Below, piece after piece: positions 19,134 through 31,392 of a DNA stretch of 45,083 nt; positions within the stretch are counted from its first letter, which is position 1, and every line of letters begins with the position of its first letter. Position numbers and translations under genes: made by a program. Below the pieces are notes generated by a model. It did not search any database and had not been told where the DNA came from. It saw only the letters and a program-made list of their open reading frames with translations. Origin of the DNA: an uncultured delta proteobacterium (lineage in GTDB: Bacteria; Myxococcota_A; Polyangia; Polyangiales; B10-G4); contig CAVSGI010000024.1 in NCBI GenBank assembly GCA_963727445.1, positions 1 to 45,083 of the forward strand, in the 5' to 3' direction.

Positions 19134-21007
19134 GAAGGCGAGTCGCCGCGCTGAGTCCGGCCCCAGGCGAGGGCGAAGATGGCGATGGCGACGAAATTGA
19201 TGGCGCTGAAGAGCGTGGCGACGTGCGCGGGGTAGGCCAGGGCGGGCCAGAGGGAGAGGGCGAAGCCGAGGCCGACGAAGAACATCCAGCGGAAGATGAA
19301 GAGGGCGCCGATCGCCCAGAAGGCGGCGAGGAGAACGAGGTCGGTGGTGAGGACCGATTCGAGGGTGGCGCCAGGATCGTAGAGCGCGACGAAGCGGTGT
19401 AGGAGCACGCTGGTGATGGTGACCGCGACCCAGCCAGCGAAGCGGCGGTTGAAGAGGTTTCGCGTGACACGCCTCCACAAGACCACCAGCAGAAACGCCA
19501 TCGCACAGAGCATGCCGAGACCCAGAACGAAGGCGTGGGTCTTCGTGACCTCGTCGACCGTGCGCGCGTAGACGCCGATGGCGACGACCGCTGCGGCCAC
19601 CACCGCGCCGCCGAAGATCTGTACCGTTCGCTCGATGCGTGGGTCGAGCTCCTTCGCCAGGTTCGCGAGGCGGCTCCGCTCCTCGGCCTCGCGCGCCAGC
19701 TCCGCCTCGAGCGCCTCGACCTGGGCGACCAGCGCGGGTGGGGGCGCCTCCAGCTCGCGGAGCATCGCTCGCGCCGCCTCCCCGTCGCGCCGGTCGAGCT
19801 CGACGCGGACGGCGAGCTTCGCGCACGCGGTCAGACCCGGCGCGACCGCCGGGTTGTCTGCCCACTCGCGCCGCGCCTGCTGAAACGCGAAGCGACACTC
19901 GGCGATGAGACGACGAAGCTCGCCGAGATCCCGCGACGCGACCGGCACGCCCTCGATCATCTTCTCGAGCGCCGCCAGGCGCGCCTCGCCGGTGCGCGAA
20001 AGCGCGCGCGAGCCACGATGGCGCACGAAGTCGTCGAGGGCATCGCCGAAGGCGCGCGCGCTCGAAGGCCGGGCATCCTTGTCTCGCGCCATCGCCTGCG
20101 TCGCCAGCGCGGCGAGCTCCTCCGGAACCTCGGGCCCGTACTCCGGCGGAGCCGAGGTGAAGGCAGAGAAGAGCACTTGGGTCAGCGTCGCCCCCTGATG
20201 AGGCGGCTGTCCCGTCAGGATCTCGTGCAGCGTCGCGCCCAGGAGAAACACGTCGGTCTGCGCGTCGACCGTGCCGCCCAGCATCTCCGGCGCCAGGTAG
20301 TAGGGCGTGCCCGCGAGCTTGTCCCCCACGTGTGTCCCCACCCTCGCGGCGATACCCCAATCGACCAGGTACACCTCGCCGAAGTCGCCCAGCATCACGT
20401 TCTCCGGCTTGATGTCCCGGTGAACGATTCCCCGACTGTGCGCGAGCGTGGCGGCGTGTGCCACGCGCCGCAGCACGTCGACGTGGTAGAGGAGCCGATC
20501 GTCTTCGGCGATCTCGTTGCGGGACCAGAACGCATGATCCGGCTCGGCGAGGAGCACGTTCCACCCGACGCCCTCGACCCGCTTCATGATCAAGAGCGGC
20601 CGGCCTTCGTCGTCCTGCGCGAGCGCGTGTACCGGGATGATGTTCGGATGCGCGAGGCGGCCGGTGACCACCGCCTCGTCGCAGAGGGCAGCGACGGCGC
20701 GTTCGGACAGGGCGTCCTTCACCGTCTTGACCGCGACCTTGCGCCCCAGAGAGCGCTGCATGGCGAGGTACACCTTGCCCATGCCGCCCTCGCCGAGGAG
20801 CTCGAGGAGGGACAGCTCCACGTCCTGCCCCGCCGCGAGGGGCTTGGCCCCGACCGCCGGGAGCAATCCCGCCGAGCCCCGAAAGCTCGACCACGACTGC
20901 GGCTCGTCGGGCACCATGGTTGCGTCCATCGCAACTGGGTTCATCGGAAGACCCAGACCGGCGATCGTCTCGTCGAAGGCGCGCTCGTCGTCGCTCTTGC
21001 TGCTCAT
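19130..21007 (-). CDS. Ser/Thr protein kinase with C-terminal multi-TM region
   Basis: LGEGGMG, VAVK, HRDIKPEN, DWG, YLAPE; about 5-6 TM helices at the C-terminus. Confidence 0.93.
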   Translation of the reverse strand: MSSKSDDERAFDETIAGLGLPMNPVAMDATMVPDEPQSWSSFRGSAGLLPAVGAKPLAAGQDVELSLLELLGEGGMGKVYLAMQRSLGRKVAVKTVKDALSERAVAALCDEAVVTGRLAHPNIIPVHALAQDDEGRPLLIMKRVEGVGWNVLLAEPDHAFWSRNEIAEDDRLLYHVDVLRRVAHAATLAHSRGIVHRDIKPENVMLGDFGEVYLVDWGIAARVGTHVGDKLAGTPYYLAPEMLGGTVDAQTDVFLLGATLHEILTGQPPHQGATLTQVLFSAFTSAPPEYGPEVPEELAALATQAMARDKDARPSSARAFGDALDDFVRHRGSRALSRTGEARLAALEKMIEGVPVASRDLGELRRLIAECRFAFQQARREWADNPAVAPGLTACAKLAVRVELDRRDGEAARAMLRELEAPPPALVAQVEALEAELAREAEERSRLANLAKELDPRIERTVQIFGGAVVAAAVVAIGVYARTVDEVTKTHAFVLGLGMLCAMAFLLVVLWRRVTRNLFNRRFAGWVAVTITSVLLHRFVALYDPGATLESVLTTDLVLLAAFWAIGALFIFRWMFFVGLGFALSLWPALAYPAHVATLFSAINFVAIAIFALAWGRTQRGDSPS

Positions 21008-21202
21008 CCCCGCTTTCCTCCGCGAACTCTCCCACGAAATGCAAAACCAGCGCGGGCGCCGATGATTAACACGAACCTATCGCCTTGTTAATTGCATGAT
21101 ACCAAGGGCTTGTTTCTTGACGCGGCGCATTAGGGGATTAATTCTCTGGGTGCCCTGTAAATCTGTAAATGCTCTTGGGGCGGGGCAGGCGGGAGTCGTG
21201 TG

Positions 21203-22120
21203 ATGGTCGACAAGATTGCAGTGGTCGGATGCGGGGTGATGGGGACTGGGATCGCCGCCGCCATCGCCTCCCGAGGCATGCCGGTGGTGGCCGTCAAGGC
21301 CACGGGTGGTGACCCCGAAACGGCCCGGTCGCGCATCGCCGCGATCTTCGACCGCCGCGTCGCGCGCGGCAAGATGGAGCAAAGCGAGCGCGACGCCATC
21401 CTCGCCAGGGTGGAGGTGAGCACCGACCTCGAGGCCCTCGCCGACTGCGACCTGGTGATCGAGTCCGCCGTCGAGGATCTCGCCGCCAAGCGCGAGCTCC
21501 TGGCGCGTATCGAGGCCGTGATCAGCCGCGGGACGATCCTCGCCACCAACACATCCTCGCTCCCCCTCGACACCCTCGCCGACGCGATCGAGCGACCGGA
21601 AGAGCTCCTCGCCCTGCACTTCTTCAATCCGGTCGGCGCGATGAAGCTGGTCGAGCTCTCCTACACCACGCGCACCGCGCCCGGCGCCGTCGTCGCGGCG
21701 AAGAACTTCGTCGAGCAGCTCGGCAAGGTCCCGGTGGAGGTGGCGCCCTCCCCCGGCTACGTCGTGAACCGACTGCTGACGCCGATGCTCCTTCACGCGA
21801 TCGAAACGCTCGAGGGCGGCGTGGCTACACCCGAAGCGATCGACACCGCCATGACGCTCGGTGCAGGTCACCCGATGGGCCCGCTGGCCCTCGCTGATCT
21901 GATCGGCCTCGACGTCGTGCTCTCGATGGCGACCACGCTGAAGAAAGAGCTTCACGACAAGCGCTACCGCGCGCCTTCGCTCTTGAGGCGGCTCGTGCTC
22001 GCCGGCGATCTCGGTCGCAAGACCGGACGAGGCATCTACGACTACACGGGCAAAGAGCCGGTGGTGAATCCGCGCCTTCTGCCCGAGCTGCCCCAGCACG
22101 TCGCCGGCGCAGCAGAGTAG
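21203..22120 (+). CDS. 3-hydroxyacyl-CoA (3-hydroxybutyryl-CoA) dehydrogenase
   Basis: GCGVMGTGIA, VIESAVE, ATNTSSL, LHFFNP, GHPMGPL.LAD.IGLD, LGRKTGRG.Y. Confidence 0.95.
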   Translation: MVDKIAVVGCGVMGTGIAAAIASRGMPVVAVKATGGDPETARSRIAAIFDRRVARGKMEQSERDAILARVEVSTDLEALADCDLVIESAVEDLAAKRELLARIEAVISRGTILATNTSSLPLDTLADAIERPEELLALHFFNPVGAMKLVELSYTTRTAPGAVVAAKNFVEQLGKVPVEVAPSPGYVVNRLLTPMLLHAIETLEGGVATPEAIDTAMTLGAGHPMGPLALADLIGLDVVLSMATTLKKELHDKRYRAPSLLRRLVLAGDLGRKTGRGIYDYTGKEPVVNPRLLPELPQHVAGAAE

Positions 22121-22141
22121 CCACGGGCTCTGTCCGCACGC

Positions 22142-23959
22142 TCAGAGGCGGATGACGCTCACGGCACGGAATCGGGAGCCCGATGCCAGGCGGAGCGAGA
22201 TCCGCACGTGCCCTTCGAGATCGGCGAGGAGGCACTGGCCGACGGCCGCATCTGTGTGAATCTCGAGCGTCGTTTCGCGCCGCGTGAGGGCGACCATGTC
22301 CCCCGCCGTCCGCGCGACCTCGCAGCCATCTACGTTCACGGCGGCGTCGCCGACGACCACGGTTCGCGTCACGCCCGCCTCGTTTTCGAGCACGACGCGG
22401 TAGGGTCCTTCGATCGTCGGCGAGATGACGACGTCGGCGAAGATCAGCCCTGCCACCCGCACCGCCGCGCCGTCGTCCAACGCGGTCACGACCTCCGAGC
22501 CCTGGTCGTAGGCGGTGGCGACGTCGAGGGAGAGCCATTCGGCGTCCGTCGACACCAGCGGGTCCGGTGGGTTGTCGAAGGGGCTTCGCAGGAGCTCGCG
22601 CCGATACGATCCGCCGACCCCGCCGATCTCGGCCACCGCTCCGTCTGCACACGACACCAGCGCAGCGACGGGCCGCGACGGCTCCCCGCGCTCTTCGGCC
22701 ACGCCACGACCCACGTCCACGCGGAAGGCGCGCCGCGTTCCCATGTCGTCGGTTCCCACGACGAGCAGGCGATTGTCGGCGAGGGTCGCCGCACGTGCAT
22801 CGGCGAGAGCGACGAGCCCGCGGATGTCGACGGTCGCGACGCTCGCTGACGCACGGTCCCCCAAGGTGACCACTGTCGCCGCGACTTCGTCGTCACCGCG
22901 CCCGCCGATCATCACCAGGCGCCTTCCCCGCAGGGCGACGAAGGCGGCGTCGCCGCGATCCGGCAGGGACGCCACCATGCGGAAGACGCCCTCACTCGGG
23001 TCCATCGCCTCCACCGATCGCACCAGCGCGCCGTCCTCGGCGAAGCCGCCCGCGACCACCACCAGCCCATCGAGCCCGGCGGTGAAGGGCAGCCGTCGCG
23101 CGGTGAGGATCGGTCCGAAGCTCTCGTCGATGGTGAGAGCCTGGGGATCGACCGCCACCACCGAGCTCATGGGAGGCGCGCCGATCGAGCTCACGCCACC
23201 CACGAGCAGCACGCGCCCGTCGGGCAACGCCGCAGCGCCGTGGTCGCGACGCTGACACACCCCCGAGCTGCACAACGGACGCACGGCGGGCACGACCGCT
23301 CCGTCACGCGCGTCGTAGACCTCGTACGTCTCCTCCGCCGCCTGCCCCTCGAACTCGGTGCCGCCCGCGATCACCACCCGCGTACCGCTGAGGGTCGCGC
23401 TCGCACCGATGCGGCGCGTGGCGAGCTCCGCGTCGAGGTTCGCGAGCTCCTCGCTCGGCGGTACCACCACCAGCCGCCGGAACCCGGCCATCGCATCGCT
23501 GCCCTCGTCGAGCCCGCCAGCCACCAGGTAGCCGCCGTTCGGGAGCGGTGAGAGCGCACCGCCCGGAGGCAGATACACCTCCGGATCGGAGGCCGCGCAG
23601 CTCGCGCCGAGAGGCAGGAGCAGGAGTGACGCCTCGGCATCCGAGGGGGCACGGATGTGGAGCGCGCCCGCCGTGAACGTGTCCTCGACGTGGAGGGCGA
23701 CGGTCAAGACGCGGGTCTCGAAGGGGAATTTGCGGATGGGCATCGCCATCGTCTCGGTGAGGGAACGGACCTCGACCGTGTCGTTCGTCGAGGGAAAATC
23801 CCCCGAGGCGACGATGTCGAGGCGCCCCATTCCGTCAGGAGGCTGACAATCGATGGAGGCCGGCAGGCTCAGGACCAGGCGCGCCCGCGTCACCTCCTCC
23901 GCGGGGCTGCAGGCCGCCGCGAGGATCGCGAGGGTCGAGAGCACCGATAACGCCCGCAT
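22142..23959 (-). CDS. Kelch-repeat lipoprotein
   Basis: Lipobox AAAC; repeats YLVAGG, VVIAGG, LPDGRVLLVGG, VVVAGG, LVMIGG. Confidence 0.8.
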   Translation of the reverse strand: MRALSVLSTLAILAAACSPAEEVTRARLVLSLPASIDCQPPDGMGRLDIVASGDFPSTNDTVEVRSLTETMAMPIRKFPFETRVLTVALHVEDTFTAGALHIRAPSDAEASLLLLPLGASCAASDPEVYLPPGGALSPLPNGGYLVAGGLDEGSDAMAGFRRLVVVPPSEELANLDAELATRRIGASATLSGTRVVIAGGTEFEGQAAEETYEVYDARDGAVVPAVRPLCSSGVCQRRDHGAAALPDGRVLLVGGVSSIGAPPMSSVVAVDPQALTIDESFGPILTARRLPFTAGLDGLVVVAGGFAEDGALVRSVEAMDPSEGVFRMVASLPDRGDAAFVALRGRRLVMIGGRGDDEVAATVVTLGDRASASVATVDIRGLVALADARAATLADNRLLVVGTDDMGTRRAFRVDVGRGVAEERGEPSRPVAALVSCADGAVAEIGGVGGSYRRELLRSPFDNPPDPLVSTDAEWLSLDVATAYDQGSEVVTALDDGAAVRVAGLIFADVVISPTIEGPYRVVLENEAGVTRTVVVGDAAVNVDGCEVARTAGDMVALTRRETTLEIHTDAAVGQCLLADLEGHVRISLRLASGSRFRAVSVIRL

Positions 23960-23979
23960 CGCGCTATGATCTCTCACGA

Positions 23980-25791
<1,812 letters not shown>

Positions 25792-25802
<11 letters not shown>

Positions 25803-27036
25803 GCGCTTCCAGCAGCTCCGCCAGCTTCTTCCCCAGCTCGCCGCCCTTCACCAGGAAGTGGCGGATGCCCAGCTGGTGGAGCAGCTGTCGGTCGTGCTCC
25901 TGAGCGCCCGCGCTCACGAGGACGATGGTGCAGCGCTCGGCCAGGTGGGAGCCGCGCATGTACATGGCCACCTCGATGCCGTTGAGCTTCGGCATGTGCA
26001 GGTCGAGGAGCATCACGTCCGGCTCGAAGCTGCCGAGCGCCGAGATCGCTTCCTCGCCGTCGCGAGCGACGCGCACCTCGACCCCATTTCCGAGCGCCCG
26101 CTGCACGTAGAAGCGCTCGAGCTTGGCGATGTCGTCGTCGTCGTCGACGATGAGGATGCGCTCGATCGCCTTCTGCTCCGCGGGGGGCTTTTCGTCGAGG
26201 ACGGCCGCGAGACGCCAGGCGATGCTCTCGGCCGACTGCGGGCGGTCGCCGGGATCGAAAGAGAGCATCTCCGCCACCAGGCTCACCAACCCATCGGGGA
26301 CGTCCTTGCGGAAATCCCGCAAGCTCGGCGGCGGCGCGAGGTGCGTCTCGTAGAGCGCCGGCAGGGTCTCGGCCATCCGGGGCAGCTCCCCGGTGAGGAG
26401 CTCGAAGGCGGTCACCCCCAGGGCATGGATGTCCACCAGCGGTCCCGAGCCCGGCTCGAGCTCACCAGTCAGCGCCTCTGCCGCCATGTAAGGGGGCGAG
26501 CCCGCGACCAGATCCGCGCGCGCGAAGCGGAACTCCGGGAGGAAGAGACCGAAGTCCATCAGCACCACGCGGCCGTCGGGGCTGAGCATGATGTTCTCGG
26601 GTTTGACGTCGCGGTGGGCGATGCCCGCCTCGTGTACCACTGCCAGCCCCTCTGCGACCGACTTCAGGATCGGCACCGCGTCCTGAACCGAGAACTGCTG
26701 GCCGTTGGCGAGGCGCTGGGTGAGTAGATCGGAGAGTGAGACGCCGTAGATCCGCTCCATCACGATGTAGTCGATGTTGCGGTGCACCCCCATGCAGTGG
26801 ACGGTGATCAGCGTCGGATGGCGAAAGGCAGCCATCGCCGTGGCTTCGTCACGCAGGGGAGGCGCGTCGAGATCGGGCCACGCCGCCTTGATCGCCACCC
26901 GGCGATCGAGGGAGTGGTCGTGGGCCTCGAGGACCTGGCCCATGCCACCACTGCCGAGCACGCGACGGATCTCGTAGACCCGACCGAGCACTTCACCGAT
27001 CTCGAAGATCGGCGTCTGACGGTCCGACTCGCCCAC
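25792..27036 (-). CDS. Ser/Thr kinase fused to a response-regulator receiver domain
   Basis: LGSGGMG, HRDVKPEN, DFG, YMAAE; C-terminal ILIVDDD...LLDLHMPKLNG...VSA...FLVK. Confidence 0.92.
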
Positions 27037-27055
27037 GGCTGGCGGCGATCATACC

Positions 27056-27856
27056 TCAGAAGGTCTGCGGCGGCTGCGGCTGTGACATCGGAGCGCGCGG
27101 CGCCTCGATGTCCGGACCCGCTACGGGCAGCGTCGCTCCGCCTGCCTGCACGTGCTCCATGTAGACCTGCGCCAGGAAATGGCCATGCGCCACCATGCCC
27201 AGGATCGCGACCGGAAAGATCCCGACGAAGCACGCCAGCACACCCACCATGCTGAGGAGCCAGCTCACGACGCCGATGATCAGCGTGCCCTTGAACAGCA
27301 CACCGAAGTTGGCCTTTGTGAACTGCATCACTTCGCCGAACTTCATCGCCTGGTTCAGGTCGTCGGTGAGCTCGGCGCGCATCGCCGCCACGGACGCGGG
27401 GATCGCGGCCAGCATGGCCAGCACGATCACCCCGAAGTAGCCGCCGAACATGCAGCACATGGCCCCGAGGCCGCCGAAGGCCGCGCCCGCGTCACCACCG
27501 CTCTCCGCCGCTGCGACGCCGCCCACGGCCACCGCGATGAAGCCGAAGTACATGCACACCACCAGGCCGCCGACGAGCACCATCACCGGCAACGTCCACA
27601 GGAAGCGGGCCAAGAGCGCCTTGAAGCCCAGGCCCACCAGCTTGCCCAGGTAGTCGAAGTCGAAGTCGAGGCGCGGCAGCGGGGTATCCTGTCCATGGAC
27701 CGCCCGGCGCATGATCAGCGCCTGCCAGCCGAGCAGGGCCAGCTGACCGATGAGCGGGATGATCATCGACGTGACCAGGATCACCGAGCCCACGACGATC
27801 TTGTTGGTCCATTGCGGGTCTTCGCGCGCGACCCGATAGCCCTTCAAGTAATCCAT
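27056..27856 (-). CDS. DUF4013-like membrane protein
   Basis: DPQW.NKI.VG, IP.IG...L.G, LP..F pattern; multi-TM. Confidence 0.75.
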   Translation of the reverse strand: MDYLKGYRVAREDPQWTNKIVVGSVILVTSMIIPLIGQLALLGWQALIMRRAVHGQDTPLPRLDFDFDYLGKLVGLGFKALLARFLWTLPVMVLVGGLVVCMYFGFIAVAVGGVAAAESGGDAGAAFGGLGAMCCMFGGYFGVIVLAMLAAIPASVAAMRAELTDDLNQAMKFGEVMQFTKANFGVLFKGTLIIGVVSWLLSMVGVLACFVGIFPVAILGMVAHGHFLAQVYMEHVQAGGATLPVAGPDIEAPRAPMSQPQPPQTF

Positions 27857-27872
27857 TCGCCCCCGGTGCCGA

Positions 27873-28463
27873 TCACTCGCGCGGCGAGAAGTTGAAAGGC
27901 ACGCTCACCACCGCGCAACCGCCGGTGGGGTTGGGAAACTGCCAGTTGCTGGCGAGGTTCCGAACGCAGGCGAAGACGGGCGGGCTCCGCAGTGAGCCGT
28001 TGACGCGCGTGCCGCTGACGTGGCCGTTCGAGCCGACGCGCACCATCACCCGCATGTTGCCCTGCAGCGTGTGGTTGCTCTTGAGCTCGCGCTCGTAGCA
28101 GTTGCGGATCTGTCGGTTGTAGCCGCGCACCACGCTCATCGCCTGGGCGGCGTCGATGTCGCCCGGGCAGTCCCACTCGTCGCGGACGTAGCGGTAGACG
28201 ATCTTGGTCTTGGTGGGGCCTGTGTCCGCATCGGGACCGGCATCGGGCTCGGGGTCGGGCAGCTCGATGATGGGCTCGGCGAGCGAGGTGGAGCGGTCGA
28301 TGGGCGGCCCGGTATCGGCCTGGGTCACCTGCGGGGTGTCGCCGCTGCCGTTCGACATCGCGGCCCAAATGCCGACCACGCCGCCGATGAGCAGGATGCC
28401 GATGATGAGGTACTTGAGGTTGCCCCCGCCCTCGTCTTCCGGCGGTACGGATTCGGTCGCCAC
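27873..28463 (-). CDS. AgmX/PglI C-terminal (TonB-C-like) domain membrane protein
   Basis: TM then IRNCYERELK...LQG...V...G.V...ACV......WQFP.P.GG...V.VPF.F. Confidence 0.85.
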   Translation of the reverse strand: MATESVPPEDEGGGNLKYLIIGILLIGGVVGIWAAMSNGSGDTPQVTQADTGPPIDRSTSLAEPIIELPDPEPDAGPDADTGPTKTKIVYRYVRDEWDCPGDIDAAQAMSVVRGYNRQIRNCYERELKSNHTLQGNMRVMVRVGSNGHVSGTRVNGSLRSPPVFACVRNLASNWQFPNPTGGCAVVSVPFNFSPRE

Positions 28464-28564
28464 TTAGTCCCCTTCCTCACAAAAAGGCCCACGGCCTTCG
28501 GAGAGCCGGAGCATACCCGAGCCAGCGTATCGGGCCAAAGTCTTCCCTGTCGGCTCGGAAAAGC

Positions 28565-29271
28565 TCACCCGACGATCTGAGGCCCGGACACGTCCACCTT
28601 CATGCGCGTGACCGCCTGGATCTCCCCTTCGGGGAGCGGATCGCCCGGTTCGAGGTCGACTCGGGTACGCACGAAGAGCCGAATTCTGCGGCTGGAGTTG
28701 ACGAGATAATCGCTCAGGGCGGCGCTCCCGGCGGCGTCGACCTCTCCCATCCCCGACGAGGTCATGCGCGCCTGTTGGGCGGGGATGGTGGCGAGGCGAT
28801 GGACGCCCAGGGCCGGGTCGACGTCCACCGCTCCCTCCGGCCCCCAGAAGATCTCGATCTCGGACAGGTCGATGGTGAGGGTGTTCAGCTGCACCGTGTA
28901 GCTGAGCTCCGAGACCTCGATCGCGTCCACCACCACGAACGCAGCGCTCAGATCGCCGAGGAGCGCGTCGAAGTCGATCACGTCGCCCACCGGCGCGGTG
29001 ATGGTGCGCGGGGCGGGATTGCAGACGCTGCGCTCGCACGTGACCGTGATCCCCGCGGTCGAGGGACACATCCCACCGGTCGGACAGGGGAGCGACGCGA
29101 TGCGCCCTCCGTCGGCGAGGGCCATCGGCACTTCGAGAGAACCGGAGCTGACGCTGAGCTCCACGTCCTGTGTCTCGTACGTGACTGTGCCGATGTCGCT
29201 GCATGAAGACAGGAGCAGCAACGCCAAGATCGGGGAAGCAAGGCAGCCCCCCTCGAAAGGGCGGCGTTCAT
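28565..29271 (-). CDS. Hypothetical lipoprotein (probable frameshift in signal peptide)
   Basis: ILALLLLSSC lipobox in ORF 28565-29656; ATG 29271 lies in a different frame near C-runs. Confidence 0.65.
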
Positions 29272-29360
29272 GTAGGAAGTATAGCGCGAGGTGGCCGTCT
29301 CGGCTCGAAATCGAATGGAGCACGCCTCCGAGGGACCTCTCGCACGACGCGTGGCTTGGG

Positions 29361-30608
29361 TCAGGGCGGGACGATGTCCACCTCCAAGACCTGAGTCGGG
29401 TCTGGCTGCGTCGACACGGCGATCGCGGAAATGGCGCCGGCCAGGACCGCACCGACACCCACCCACACGTACCAACGTCGCCACCAGGGTAGCGGTGGTG
29501 GTGGAGGAACGAAGACCTCCTCTTCCTGGAGCCACGACAGCCCCTGCGCATAGGCGCGGTTGGTTGGGGCCAGATCCTCAACGGGGCGGAAGGCCGGAAG
29601 GACGAAGGGAACCTCGTCGAGGGAGAGCCGGCGCGGCAGGGCACATCCCTCGCCACTACACCGCATCAAGAGCGCGCGGTCCTGGTCACCGTCACCCACG
29701 CGCAAGAACCAGACGGCGGAAACACCCAAGAGCTCCGCGAGGCGGATGCCGAACGAGAAGTCCCCCGCGGCCATCTCCGTCGAGAGCCGTCGCGCGGAGA
29801 CCACCATGGGATTGGCAGCGAGCGCCACGACCATCGGCGGCCGTCGCCCCTCGAGCACCTCGATGACCTGACCCCAGGGCGAACGACCGGGCGCCTCGAC
29901 GCGTAGCACGTGGGTGCCCACCGGCGCGCGCACGATGCGCGGCAGCGTGCCCAGCTCGCGGTCGTCGAGATAGACGGTCGCGTTGGGAGCGCTCGTGCGC
30001 ACCTCGAAGCTGCCGCGCGGTCGCATCGCGACGGCGGCCGTGATCTCCGTCGCGCGGCGGCAGACCTCGGGGGGCGCTTCGGCCGCGCGGACGCCGCGGC
30101 TCGGATCGAGGGTGGCGACGCGGCGGAACGCATCGGCCGCGAGCTCGTCGAGGCCGTCGCCCTCCACCTGCGACGCCGTGATGCCGATGGCGGTCTGCAC
30201 CTCGGCGATCCACGCCGCCGCGCCGGGCACGTCGGCGTGCGCCTGCGCGATGCGATCCGCCTGGGCGAGGCTGTCGAGCGCCGCGCTCTCCTCGAGCGAG
30301 GCGGTCCGCGCGCGCGCGTCGACGATGAGGCGCTCGACCTGCTTGAAGGCGTCGACCCGGCCCGCGTCGAGGGCCCCCAACGCGAGGGCGCGCCCTTCGG
30401 CCCAGGCGATGGGATCGCTGATCACCTGATAACCAGCACGACGCGCGGCGCGCTCGACGTGGGTGGTGAATTCCCGAACGCGGGGCTCCGGCGCCCCTGG
30501 GTCGGGCGAGACGAGGACGAGGGCGATCTCGGGATCCGGCTGGGCGGCCGCGACGCCCGGCGAGGCCCAGATGAGGAGCGCACTGACGAAAATGAGGGCG
30601 CTTTTCAC
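29361..30608 (-). CDS. PEGA-domain protein
   Basis: Signal peptide; FEVRTSAPNATVYLDDRELG..P......GTHVLRVEAPG; PWWRRWYVWVGVG C-terminal anchor. Confidence 0.85.
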   Translation of the reverse strand: MKSALIFVSALLIWASPGVAAAQPDPEIALVLVSPDPGAPEPRVREFTTHVERAARRAGYQVISDPIAWAEGRALALGALDAGRVDAFKQVERLIVDARARTASLEESAALDSLAQADRIAQAHADVPGAAAWIAEVQTAIGITASQVEGDGLDELAADAFRRVATLDPSRGVRAAEAPPEVCRRATEITAAVAMRPRGSFEVRTSAPNATVYLDDRELGTLPRIVRAPVGTHVLRVEAPGRSPWGQVIEVLEGRRPPMVVALAANPMVVSARRLSTEMAAGDFSFGIRLAELLGVSAVWFLRVGDGDQDRALLMRCSGEGCALPRRLSLDEVPFVLPAFRPVEDLAPTNRAYAQGLSWLQEEEVFVPPPPPLPWWRRWYVWVGVGAVLAGAISAIAVSTQPDPTQVLEVDIVPP

Positions 30609-30692
30609 CGAAGCAGACGATGCCGGGTGGGCCGAACGCGGGTCAAGCGCGCGATCGTTGAAGATCCGGGCGATGATGGCAGTCTCTTGACC

Positions 30693-31310
30693 GTGAAGCG
30701 ACTCGCTTGGCCGCTCCTCGCCGCGCTCCTGCTCGGCGCCCTCTTCGCTTCGGGAGCCGAAGCACAGGGCTTCTCCGCCTCGGAGACGCGACGGCTGAGG
30801 CGCGGGCGGCTGGTCACCCGGCCCGAGACGCAACGGCGGGGAGACCTGCTGCTGGTGGGCGGGACCTCTTTTCAGGTGATCGACGAGCCGATCGAGGTGG
30901 TGTGGGCCGCCATCAAGGACACCAACGCCTACCGCCATTACCTGCCCGAGGTCGAGCGGGTGCGCACCGTCTCCCGGGGCCGAAACGGGCGCGGAAAGGT
31001 CATCAGCGTCCTGCACAAGCGGGGACCCCTCGAGGCCAGCTATCACCTCCGGCTGGACTTCTCCGAGAGCCGCCACACCGCGCAGTTCCGCGTCGATTCG
31101 GGGCACGACAACGACGTCCGCGAGGGCTGGGGATACATTCAGGTTCAGGCCTATGGGGAGCACCGCTCGATGGTGACCTGGGCCATCCTGGCGGACATCG
31201 GCTCCGGCATCGCGATCGGCCTGCTCCGGGAGGAGATCCAGCGCTGGATCCTCCAGGTCCCCCTACTGATGAAGCGCTACCTGGGCTGGGCCGCCGACCG
31301 CTACCGCTGA
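30693..31310 (+). CDS. SRPBCC/START-family protein with signal peptide
   Basis: IDEPIEVVWAAIKD...Y..YLPEV motif. Confidence 0.75.
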   Translation: MKRLAWPLLAALLLGALFASGAEAQGFSASETRRLRRGRLVTRPETQRRGDLLLVGGTSFQVIDEPIEVVWAAIKDTNAYRHYLPEVERVRTVSRGRNGRGKVISVLHKRGPLEASYHLRLDFSESRHTAQFRVDSGHDNDVREGWGYIQVQAYGEHRSMVTWAILADIGSGIAIGLLREEIQRWILQVPLLMKRYLGWAADRYR

Positions 31311-31392
31311 TCCCGGTTGGCGGGGGTTGGCGGGCGGTTGCACGGGAATTGCGGGTCGCCTATGTTTCGCCCCCTTTCGGGAAAAGCGACCC

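Noticed and set aside
21060..21180. AT-rich divergent intergenic region with TTGACG and ATTAAC/GTTAAT inverted repeat
   Set aside because: Probably an ordinary promoter region; spacing to a -10 box is unconvincing and no regulator can be assigned.
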